A stretch of 64,000 nucleotides of DNA from Euprymna scolopes. Its lineage: Eukaryota. The position numbers and the translations under genes were made by a program. Below are positions 50,833 to 64,000 of this stretch, in pieces. Position 1 is the first letter of the stretch; the number at the start of each line of letters is the position of its first letter. Location: NCBI GenBank assembly GCA_053919585.1, contig CM132785.1; one strand, written 5' to 3'. The notes under the pieces are model-generated. The model was not told where the DNA came from. It saw only the letters and a program-made list of their open reading frames with translations, and did not search any database.

Positions 50833-53800
50833 TACGAACGGATATTTTAAGCATATTGAGCACGAAGGGATATTTTAAGCATATTAAGTACGCAATGATA
50901 TTTTAAGCATATTGAGAACGAAATGATATTTTAAGCATATTGAGTACGACAGGATATTTAAAGCATATTGAGTACGAAATGATATTTTAAGCATATTGAG
51001 TACGAAAGGTTATTTTAATCATATTGAGTACGAAATGATATTTTAAGCATATTGAGTACAAAATGATATTTTAAGCATATTGAGTACGAAATGATATTTT
51101 AAGCATATTGAGTACGAAATGTAATTGTAAGCATAATGAGTACGAAATGATATGTAAGCATAATGAGTACGAAATGATATGTTAAGCACATTGAGTACGA
51201 AATGATATTTTAAGCATATTGAGTACGAAATGATATTTTAAGCATATTGAGTACGAAATGTAATTGTAAGCATAATGAGTACGAAAGGATATGTAAGCAT
51301 ATTGAGTACGAAAGGATATTTTAAGCATATTGAGTACGAAATGTAATTGTAAGCATAATGAGTACGAAAGGATATGTAAGCATATTGAGTACGAAAGGAT
51401 ATTTTAAGCATATTGAGTACGAAATGATATTTTAAGCATATTGAGTACGAAATGATATTTTAAGCATATTGAGTACGAAATGATATTTTAAGCATATTGA
51501 GTACGAAATGATATTTTAAGCATATTGAGTACGAAATGATATTTTAAGCATATCCATTACGACAGGATATTTTAATCATATTGAGTACGAAAGGATATTT
51601 TAAGCATATTGAGTACAAAATGATATTTTAAGCATATTGAGTACGAAAATATATTTTAAGCATATTGAGTACGAAATTATATTTTAAGCATATTGAGTAC
51701 GAAAGTATATTTTAAGCATACTGAGTACGACAGGATATTTGAAGCATATAAAGTACGAAATGATATTTTAAGCATATTGAGTACGAAATGATATTTTAAG
51801 CATATTGAGTACGAAATGATATTTTAAGCATATTGAGTACGAAAGGATATTGTAAGCATATTGAGTACGAAATGATATGTTAAGCACATTGAGTACGAAA
51901 TGATATTTTAAGCATATTGAGTACGAAAGGATATTGTAAGCATATTGAGTACGAAATGATATGTTAAGCACATTGAGTACGAAATGATATTTTAAGCATA
52001 TTGAGTACGAAATGATATTTTAAGCATATTGAGTACGAAATAATATGTTAAGCACAGTGAGTACGAAATGATATTTTAAGCATATTGAGTACGAAATGAT
52101 ATTTTAAGCATATTGAGTACGAAATGATATTTTAAGCATATTGAGTACGAAATGATATGTTAAGCACATTGAGTACGAAATGATATTTTAAGCATATTGA
52201 GTACGAAATGATATTTTAAGCATATTGAGTACGAAATGATATTTTAAGCATATTGAGTACGAAATGATATGTTAAGCACATTGAGTACGAAATGATATTT
52301 TAAGCATATTGAGTACGAAATGATATTTTAAGCATATTGAGTACGAAATGATATTTTAAGCATATTGAGTACGAAATGATATGTTAAGCACATTGAGTAC
52401 GAAATGATATTTTAAGCATATTGAGTACGAAATGATATTTTAAGCATATTGAGTACGAAATGATATTTTAAGCATATTGGGTACGACATGATATTTTAAG
52501 CATATTGAGTACGAAATGATATTTTAAGCATATTGAGTACGAAAGGATATTGTAAGCATATTGAGTACGAAATGATATGTTAAGCACATTGAGTACGAAA
52601 GGATATTTTAAGCATATTGAGTACGAAATGATATTTTAAGCATATTGAGTACGAAATGATATTTTAAGCATATTGAGTACGAAATGATATGTTAAGCACA
52701 TTGAGTACGAAATGGTATTTTAAGCATATTGAGTACGAAATGATATTTTAAGCATATTGAGTACGAAATGATATTTTAAGCATATTGGGTACGACATGAT
52801 ATTTTAAGCATATTGAGTACGAAATGATATGTTAAGCCCATTGAGTAGCAAAAGGATATTTTAAGCATATTGAGTACGAAATGATATTTTAAGCATATTG
52901 AGTACGAAATGATATTTTAAGCATATTGAGTACGAAATGATATTTTAAGCATATTGAGTACGAAATGATATTTTAAGCATATTGAGTACGAAATGATATT
53001 TTAAGCATATTGAGTACGAAATGATATTTTAAGCATATTGAGTACGAAATGATATTTTAAGCATATTGAGTACGAAATGATATTTTAAGCATATTGAGTA
53101 CGAAATGATATTTTAAGCATTTTGAGTACGAAATGATATGTTAAGCACATTGAGTACGAAATGATATTTTAAGCATATTGAGTACGAAATGATATTTTAA
53201 GCATATTGAGTACGAAATGATATGTTAAGCACATTGAGTACGAAATGATATTTTAAGCATATTGAGTACGAAATGATATTTTAAGTATATTGAGTACGAA
53301 ATGATATTTTAAGCATATTGAGTACGAAATGATATGTTAAGCACATTGAGTACGAAATGATATTTTAAGCATATTGAGTACGAAATGATATTTTAAGCAT
53401 ATTGAGTACGAAATGATATTTTAAGCATATTGAGTACGAAATGATATTTTAAGCATATTGAGTACGAAATGATATTTTAAGCATATTGGGTACGACATGA
53501 TATTTTAAGCATATTGAGTACGAAATGATATTTTAAGCATATTGAGTACGAAATGATATTTTGAGCACATTGAGTACGAAATGATATTTTAAGCATATTG
53601 AGTACGAAATGATATTTTAAGCATATTGAGTACGAAATGATATTTTAAGCATATTGAGTACGAAAGGATATTTTAAGCATATTGAGTACGAAATGATATT
53701 TTAAGCATATTGAGTACGAAATGATATTTTAAGCATATTGAGTACGAAAGGATATTTTAAGCATATTGAGTACGAAATGATATTTTAAGCATATTGAGTA

Positions 53801-56800
53801 CGAAATGATATTTTAAGCATATTGAGTACGAAAGGATATTTTAAGCATATTGAGTACGAAAGTATATTTTAAGCATACTGAGTACGACAGGATATTTGAA
53901 GCATATTGAGTACGAAATGATATTTTAAGCATATTGAGTACGAAATGATATTTTAAGCATATTGAGTACGAAAGGATATTTTAAGCATATTGAGTACGAA
54001 ATGATATTTTAAGCATATTGAGTACGAAATGATATTTTAAGCATATCCATTACGACAGGATATTTTAATCATATTGAGTACGAAAGGATATTTTAAGCAT
54101 ATTGAGTACAAAATGATATTTTAAGCATATTGAGTACGAAAATATATTTTAAGCATATTGAGTACGAAATTATATTTTAAGCATATTGAGTACGAAAGTA
54201 TATTTTAAGCATACTGAGTACGACAGGATATTTTAAGCATATTAAGTACGAAATGATATTTTAAGCATATTGAGTACGAAATGATATTTTAAGCATATTG
54301 AGTACGAAATGATATTTTAAGCATATTGAGTACGAAAGGATATTGTAAGCATATTGAGTACGAAATGATATGTTAAGCACATTGAGTACGAAATGATATT
54401 TTAAGCATATTGAGTACGAAAGGATATTGTAAGCATATTGAGTACGAAATGATATGTTAAGCACATTGAGTACGAAATGATATTTTAAGCATATTGAGTA
54501 CGAAATGATATTTTAAGCATATTGAGTACGAAATAATATGTTAAGCACAGTGAGTACGAAATGATATTTTAAGCATATTGAGTACGAAAGTATATTTTAA
54601 GCATATTGAGTACGAAATGATATTTTAAGCATATTGAGTACGAAATGATATGTTAAGCACATTGAGTACGAAATGATATTTTAAGCATATTGAGTACGAA
54701 ATGATATTTTAAGCATATTGAGTACGAAATGATATTTTAAGCATATTGAGTACGAAATGATATGTTAAGCACATTGAGTACGAAATGATATTTTAAGCAT
54801 ATTGAGTACGAAATGATATTTTAAGCATATTGAGTACGAAATGATATTTTAAGCATATTGAGTACGAAATGATATGTTAAGCACATTGAGTACGAAATGA
54901 TATTTTAAGCATATTGAGTACGAAATGATATTTTAAGCATATTGAGTACGAAATGATATTTTAAGCATATTGGGTACGACATGATATTTTAAGCATATTG
55001 AGTACGAAATGATATTTTAAGCATATTGAGTACGAAAGGATATTGTAAGCATATTGAGTACGAAATGATATGTTAAGCACATTGAGTACGAAAGGATATT
55101 TTAAGCATATTGAGTACGAAATGATATTTTAAGCATATTGAGTACGAAATGATATTTTAAGCATATTGAGTACGAAATGATATGTTAAGCACATTGAGTA
55201 CGAAATGGTATTTTAAGCATATTGAGTACGAAATGATATTTTAAGCATATTGAGTACGAAATGATATTTTAAGCATATTGGGTACGACATGATATTTTAA
55301 GCATATTGAGTACGAAATGATATGTTAAGCCCATTGAGTAGCAAAAGGATATTTTAAGCATATTGAGTACGAAATGATATTTTAAGCATATTGAGTACGA
55401 AATGATATTTTAAGCATATTGAGTACGAAATGATATTTTAAGCATATTGAGTACGAAATGATATTTTAAGCATATTGAGTACGAAATGATATTTTAAGCA
55501 TATTGAGTACGAAATGATATTTTAAGCATATTGAGTACGAAATGATATTTTAAGCATATTGAGTACGAAATGATATTTTAAGCATATTGAGTACGAAATG
55601 ATATTTTAAGCATATTGAGTACGAAATGATATGTTAAGCACATTGAGTACGAAATGATATTTTAAGCATATTGAGTACGAAATGATATTTTAAGCATATT
55701 GAGTACGAAATGATATGTTAAGCACATTGAGTACGAAATGATATTTTAAGCATATTGAGTACGAAATGATATTTTAAGTATATTGAGTACGAAATGATAT
55801 TTTAAGCATATTGAGTACGAAATGATATGTTAAGCACATTGAGTACGAAATGATATTTTAAGCATATTGAGTACGAAATGATATTTTAAGCATATTGAGT
55901 ACGAAATGATATTTTAAGCATATTGAGTACGAAATGATATTTTAAGCATATTGAGTACGAAATGATATTTTAAGCATATTGGGTACGACATGATATTTTA
56001 AGCATATTGAGTACGAAATGATATTTTAAGCATATTGAGTACGAAATGATATTTTGAGCACATTGAGTACGAAATGATATTTTAAGCATATTGAGTACGA
56101 AATGATATTTTAAGCATATTGAGTACGAAATGATATTTTAAGCATATTGAGTACGAAAGGATATTTTAAGCATATTGAGTACGAAATGATATTTTAAGCA
56201 TATTGAGTACGAAATGATATTTTAAGCATATTGAGTACGAAAGGATATTTTAAGCATATTGAGGACGAAATGATATTTTAAGCATATTGAGTACGAAATG
56301 ATATTTTAAGCATATTGAGTACGAAAGGATATTTTAAGCATATTGAGTACGAAAGTATATTTTAAGCATACTGAGTACGACAGGATATTTGAAGCATATT
56401 GAGTACGAAATGATATTTTAAGCATATTGAGTACGAAAGGATATTTTAAGCATATTGAGTACGAAATGATATTTTAAGCATATTGAGTACGAAAGGATAT
56501 TTTAAGCATATTGAGTACGAAATGATATTTTAAGCATATTGAGTACGAAATGATATTTTAAGCATATTGAGTACGAAATGATATTTTAAGCATATTTAGT
56601 ACGAAATGATATTTTAAGCACATTGAGTACGAAATGATATTTTAAGCATATTGAGTACGAAAGGATATTGTAAGCATATTGAGTACGAAATGATATTTTA
56701 AGCATATTGAGTACGGAATGATATTTTAAGCATATTGAGTACGAAATGATATGTTAAGCATATTGAGTACGAAATGATATTTTAAGCATATTGAGTACGA

Positions 56801-59800
56801 AAGGATATTTTAAGCATATTGAGTACGAAATGATATTTTAAGCATATTGAGTACGAAATGATATTTTAAGCATATTGAGTACGAAATGATATTTAAGCAT
56901 ATTGAGTACGAAATGATATGTTAAGCATATTGAGTACGAAATGATATTTTAAGCATATTGAGTACGAAAGGATATTTTAAGCATATTGAGTACGAAATGA
57001 TATTTTAAGCATATTGAGTACGAAATGATATTTTAAGCATATTGAGTACGAAATGATATTTTAAGCATATTGAGTACGAAATGATATTTTAAGCATATTG
57101 AGTACGAAATGATATTTTAAGCATATTGAGTACGAAATGATATTTTAAGCATATTGAGTACGAAATGATATTTTAAGCATATTGAGTACGAAATGATATT
57201 TTAAGCATATTGAGTACGAAATGATATTTTAAGCATATTGAGTACGACAGGATATTTTAAGCATATTGAGTACGAAATGATATTTTAAGCATATTGAGTA
57301 CGAAATGATATTTTAAGCATATTGAGTACGAAATGATATTTTAAGCATATTGAGTACGAAAGGATATTTTAAGCATATTGAGTACGAAATGATATTTTAA
57401 GCATATTGGGTACGAAATCATATTTTAAGCATATTGAGTACGAAAGGATATTTTAAGCATATTGAGTACGAAATTATATTTTAAGCATATTGAGTACGAA
57501 ATGATATTTTAAGCATATTGAGTACGAAATGATATGTTAAGCCCATTGAGTAGCAAAAGGATATTTTAAGCATATTGAGTACGAAATGATATTTTAAGCA
57601 TATTGAGTACGAAATGATATTTTAAGCATATTGAGTACGAAATGATATTTTAAGCATATTGAGTACGAAATGATATTTTAAGCATATTGAGTACGAAATG
57701 ATATTTTAAGCATATTGAGTACGAAATGATATTTTAAGCATATTGAGTACGAAATGATATTTTAAGCATATTGAGTACGAAATGATATTTTAAGCATATT
57801 GAGTACGAAATGATATTTTAAGCATATTGAGTACGAAATGATATTTTAAGCATATTGAGTACGAAAGGATATTTTAAGCATATTGAGTACGAAATGATAT
57901 TTTAAGCATATTGAGTACGAAATGATATTTTAAGCATATTGAGTACGAAAGGATATTTTAAGCATATTGAGTACGAAATGATATTTTAAGCATATTGAGT
58001 ACGAAATGATATTTTAAGCATATTGAGTACGAAATGATATGTTAAGCCCATTGAGTAGCAAAAGGATATTTTAAGCATATTGAGTACGAAATGATATTTT
58101 AAGCATATTGAGTACGAAATGATATTTTAAGCACATTGAGTACGAAATGATATTTGTAGCATATTGAGTACGAAATGATATTTTAAGCATATTGAGTACG
58201 AAAGGATATTTTAAGCATATTGAGTACGAAATGATATGTTAAGCCCATTGAGTAGCAAAAGGATATTTTAAGCATATTGAGTACGAAATGATATTTTAAG
58301 CATATTGAGTACGAAATGATATTTAAAGCATATTGAGTACGAAATGATGTTTTAAGCATATTGAGTACAAAATGATATTTTAAGCATATTGTGTACGAAA
58401 TGATATTTTAAGCATATTGAGTACGAAATGATATTTTAAGCATATTGAGTACGAAATGATATTTTAAGCATATTGAGTACGACAGGATATTTTAATCATA
58501 TTGAGTACGAAAGGATATTTTAAGCATATTGAGTACGAAATGATATTTTAAGCATATTGAGTACGAAATGATATTTTAAGCATATTGAGTACGAAAGGAT
58601 ATTTTAAGCATATTGAGTACGAAATGATATTTTAAGCATATTGAGTACGAAATGATATTTTAAGCATATTGAGTACGAAATGATATTTTAAGCATATTGA
58701 GTACGAAATGATATTTTAAGCATATTGAGTACGAAATGATATTTAAAGCATATTGAGTACGAAATGATATTTTAAGCATATTGAGTACGAAATGATATTT
58801 TAAGCATATTGAGTACGAAATGATATTTTAAGCATATTGAGTACGAAATGATATTTTAAGCATTTTGAGTACGACAGGATATTTTAAGCATATTGAGTAC
58901 GAAATGATATTTTAAGCATATTGAGTACGAAATGATATTTTAAGCATATTGAGTACGAAATGATATTTTAAGCATATTGAGTACGAAAGGATATTTTAAG
59001 CATATTGAGTACGAAAGGATATTTTAAGCATATTGAGTACGAAATGATATTTTAAGCATATTGAGTACGACATGATATTTTAAGCATATTGAGTACGAAA
59101 GGATATTTTAAGCATATTGAGTACGAAATGATATTTTAAGCATATTGAGTACGAAATGATATTTTAATCATATTGAGTACGAAAGGATATTTTAAGCATA
59201 TTGAGTACGAAATGATATTTTAAGCATATTGAGTACGAAATGATATTTTAAGCATATTGAGTACGAAAGGATATTTTAAGCATATTGAGTACGAAATGAT
59301 ATTTTAAGCATATTGAGTACGACATGATATTTTAAGCATATTGAGTACGAAAGTATATTGTAATCATATTGAGTACGAAAGGGTATTTAAAGCATATTGA
59401 GTACGAAATGATATTTTAAGCATATTGAGTGCGAAATGATATTTTAAGCATATTGAGTACGAAATGATATTTTAAGCATATTGAGTACGAAATGATATTT
59501 TAATCATATTGAGTACGAAATGATATTTTAAGCACATTGAGTACGAAAGAATATTGTAAGCATATTGAGTACGAAATGATATTTTAAGCATATTGAGTAC
59601 GAAATGATATTTAAAGCATATTGAGTACGAAATGATATTTAAGCATATTGAGTACGAAATGATATTTTAAGCATATTGAGTACGAAATGATATTTTAAGC
59701 ATATTGAGTACGAAATGATATTTTAAGCATATTGAGTACGGAATGATATTTTAAGCATATTGAGTACGACAGGATATTTAAAGCATATTGAGTACGAAAT

Positions 59801-62800
59801 GATATTTTAAGCATATTGAGTACGAAATGATATTTTAAGCATATTGAGTACGAAATGATATTTTAAGCATATTGAGTACGACATGATATTTTAAGCATAT
59901 TGAGTACGAAAGGATATTTTAAGCATATTGAGTACGAAATGATATTTTAAGCATATTGAGTACGACATGATATTTTAAGCATATTGAGTACGAAAGGATA
60001 TTTTAAGCATATTGAGTACGAAATGATATTTTAATCATATTGAGTACGAAAGGATATTTTAAGCATATTTAGTACGAAATGATATTTTAAGCATATTGAG
60101 TACGAAATGATATTTTAAGCATATTGAGTACGAAATGATATTTTAAGCATATTGAGTACGAAATGATATTTTAAGCATATTGAGTACGAAATGATATTTT
60201 AAGCATATTGAGTACGAAATGATATTTTAAGCATATTGAGTACGAAATGATATTTTAAGCATATTGAGTACGAAATGATATTTTAAGCATATTGAGTACG
60301 AAAGGATATTTTAAGCATATTGAGTACGAAATGATATTTTAAGCATATTGAGTACGACATGATATTTTAAGCATATTGAGTACGAAATGATATTTTAAGC
60401 ATATTGAGTACGAAATGATATTTTAATCATATTGAGTACGAAAGGATATTTTAAGCATATTGAGTACGAAATGATATTTTAAGCATGTTGAGTACGAAAT
60501 GATATTTTTAGCATATTGAGTACGAAAGGATATTTTAAGCATATTGAGTACGAAATGATATTTTAAGCATATTGAGTACGACATGATATTTTAAGCATAT
60601 TGAGTACGAAAGGATATTTTAATCATATTGAGTACGAAAGGGTATTTAAAGCATATTGAGTACGAAATGATATTTTAAGCATATTGAGTGCGAAATGATA
60701 TTTTAAGCATATTGAGTACGAAAGGATATTTTAAGCATATTCAGTACGAAATGATATTTTAATCATATTGAGTACGAAATGATATTTTAAGCACATTGAG
60801 TACGAAAGAATATTGTAAGCATATTGAGTACGAAATGATATTTTAAGCATATTGAGTACGAAATGATATTTAAAGCATATTGAGTACGAAATGATATTTT
60901 AAGCATATTGAGTACGAAAGTATATTTTAAGCATATTGAGTACGAAATGATATTTTAAGCATATTGAGTACGAAATGATATTTTAAGCATATTGAGTACG
61001 AAATGATATTTTAAGCATATTGAGTACGACAGGATATTTAAAGCATATTGAGTACGAAATGATATTTTAAGCATATTGAGTACGAAATGATATTTTAAGC
61101 ATATTGAGTACGAAATGATATTTTAAGCATATTGAGTACGAAATGATATTTTAAGCATATTGAGTACGAAAGGATATTTTAAGCATATTGAGTACGCAAT
61201 GATATTTTAAGCATATTGAGTACGACATGATATTTTAAGCATATTGAGTACGAAAGGATATTTTAAGCATATTGAGTACGAAATGATATTTTAAGCATAT
61301 TGAGTACGAAATGATATTTTAATCATATTGAGTACGAAAGGATATTTTAAGCATATTGAGTACGAAATGATATTTTAAGCATATTGAGTACGAAATGATA
61401 TTTTAAGCATATTGACTACGAAAGGATATTTTAAGCATATTGAGTACGAAATGATATTTTAAGCATATTGAGTACGACATGATATTTTAAGCATATTGAG
61501 TACGAAAGGATATTTTAATCATATTGAGTACGAAAGGGTATTTAAAGCATATTGAGTACGAAATGATATTTTAAGCATATTGTGTGCGAAATGATATTTT
61601 AAGCATATTGAGTACGAAATGATATTTTAAGCATATTGAGTACGAAATGATATTTTAATCATATTGAGTACGAAATGATATTTTAAGCACATTGAGTACG
61701 AAAGAATATTGTAAGCATATTGAGTACGAAATGATATTTTAAGCATATTGAGTACGAAATGATATTTTAAGCATATTGAGTACGAAATGATATTTTAAGC
61801 ATATTGAGTACGAAATGATATTTTAAGCATATTTAGTACGAAATGATATTTTAATCATATTGAGTACGAAATGATATTTTAAGCATATTGAGTACGAAAG
61901 GATATTTTAAGCATATTGAGTACGAAATGATATTTTAAGCATATTGAGTACGAAATGATATTTTAAGCATATTGAGTACGAAATGATATTTTAAGCATAT
62001 TTAGTACGAAATGATATTTTAATCATATTGAGTACGAAATGATATTTTAAGCATATTGAGTACGAAATGATATTTTAATCATATTGAGTACGAAAGGATA
62101 TTTTAAGCATATTGAGTACAAAATGATATTTTAAGCATATTGAGTACGACATGATATTTTAAGCATATTGAGTACGAAAGGATATTTTAATCATATTGAG
62201 TACGAAAGGGTATTTAAAGCATATTGAGTACGAAATGATATTTTAAGCATATTGAGTACGACATGATATTTTAAGCATATTGAGTACGAAAGGATATTTG
62301 AAGCATATTGAGTACGAAATGATATTTTAAGCATATTGAGTACGAAATGATATTTTAAGCATATTGAGTACGAAATGATATGTTAAGCATATTGAGTACG
62401 AAATGATATTTTAAGCATATTGAGTACGAAATGATATTTTAAGCATATTGAGTACGAAAGGATATTTGAAGCATATTGAGTACGAAATGATATTTTAAGC
62501 ATATTGAGTACGAAATGATATTTTAAGCATATTGAGTACGAAATGATATTTTAAGCATATTGAGTACGAAATGATATTTTAAGCATATTGAGTACGAAAT
62601 GATATTTTAAGCATATTGAGTACGAAAGGATATTTTAAGTATATTGAGTACGGAATAATATGTTAAGCACATTGAGTACGAAATGATATTTTAAGCATAT
62701 TGAGTACGAAAGGATATTTGAAGCATATTGAGTACGAAATGATATTTTAAGCATATTGAGTACGAAATGATATTTTAAGCATATTGAGTACGAAATGATA

Positions 62801-64000
62801 TTTTAAGCATATTGAGTACGAAATGATATTTTAAGCATATTGAGTACGAAATGATATTTTAAGCATATTGAGTACGAAATAATATGTTAAGCACATTGAG
62901 TACGAAATGATATTTTAAGCATATTGAGTACGAAATGATATTTTAAGCATATTGAGTACGAAATGATATTTTAAGCATATTGAGTACGAAATAATATTTT
63001 AAGCATATTGAGTACGAAAGGATATTTTAAGCATATTGAGTACGGAATAATATGTTAAGCACATTGAGTACGAAATGATATTTTAAGCATATTGAGTACG
63101 AAATAATATTTTAAGCATATTGAGTACGAAAGGATATTTTAAGCATATTGAGTACGGAATAATATGTTAAGCATATTGAGTACGAAATGATATTTTAAGC
63201 ATATTGAGTACGAAAGGATATTTTAAGCATATTGAGTACGGAATAATATGTTAAGCACATTGAGTACGAAATTATATTTTAAGCATATTGAGTACGAAAT
63301 GATATTTTAAGCATATTGAGTACGAAATAATATGTTAAGCACATTGAGTACGAAATGATATTTTAAGCATATTGAGTACGAAAGGATATTTTAATCATAT
63401 TGAGTACGAAAGGGTATTTAAAGCATATTGAGTACGAAATGATATTTTAAGCATATTGAGTACGAAATGATATTTTAAGCATATTGAGTACGAAATGATA
63501 TTTTAAGCATATTGAGTACGAAATGATATTTTAAGCATATTGAGTACGAAATGATATTTTAAGCATATTGAGTACGAAATGATATGTTAAGCATATTGAG
63601 TACGAAATGATATTTTAAGCATATTGAGTACGAAATGATATTTTAAGCATATTGAGTACGAAAGGATATTTGAAGCATATTGAGTACGAAATGATATTTT
63701 AAGCATATTGAGTACGAAATGATATTTTAAGCATATTGAGTACGAAATGATATTTTAAGCATATTGAGTACGAAATGATATTTTAAGCATATTGAGTACG
63801 AAATGATATTTTAAGCATATTGAGTACGAAAGGATATTTTAAGTATATTGAGTACGGAATAATATGTTAAGCACATTGAGTACGAAATGATATTTTAAGC
63901 ATATTGAGTACGAAAGGATATTTGAAGCATATTGAGTACGAAATGATATTTTAAGCATATTGAGTACGAAATGATATTTTAAGCATATTGAGTACGAAAT
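50833..64000. repeat. 28-bp satellite array, consensus GATATTTTAAGCATATTGAGTACGAAAT, ~470 monomers, runs off the window end
   Basis: Head-to-tail 28-bp period with point variants and no spacers. Confidence 0.99.

Noticed and set aside
51768-54464. Two identical 67-aa ORFs
   Set aside because: Chance read-through of satellite variants; useful only as markers of the 2493-bp duplication.
50833-64000. CRISPR array (28-bp repeat length is CRISPR-like)
   Set aside because: Monomers are directly head-to-tail with no unique spacers, there are no cas genes, and the context is eukaryotic.

Overview
AT-rich eukaryotic, most likely invertebrate animal, repeat-dense scaffold window. It has five N-gaps and no recognisable host gene, rRNA, tRNA or CRISPR array. 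Positions 1-50.8 kb are a graveyard of mobile elements: (1) a three-level nest in which an old Ty3/Gypsy element is split by a CR1-type LINE, which is split by a complete but decayed Gypsy element (LTRs 18030-18235 and 22687-22876); (2) an env(F-like)-bearing Gypsy/errantivirus-like remnant (29350-33383), unusually bounded by a perfect 30-bp inverted copy of its own U5 end with a near-perfect 4-bp TSD; (3) several CR1-type LINE copies, one with a long open RT frame; (4) an internally inverted RTE-clade LINE; (5) non-autonomous Helitrons; (6) at least five Penelope-like remnants, several with hammerhead-ribozyme cores and inverted terminal arms. From ~50.83 kb to the end lies a 28-bp satellite array (~470 monomers) with higher-order block duplications. 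All calls come from manual reading and translation; no database search was run.
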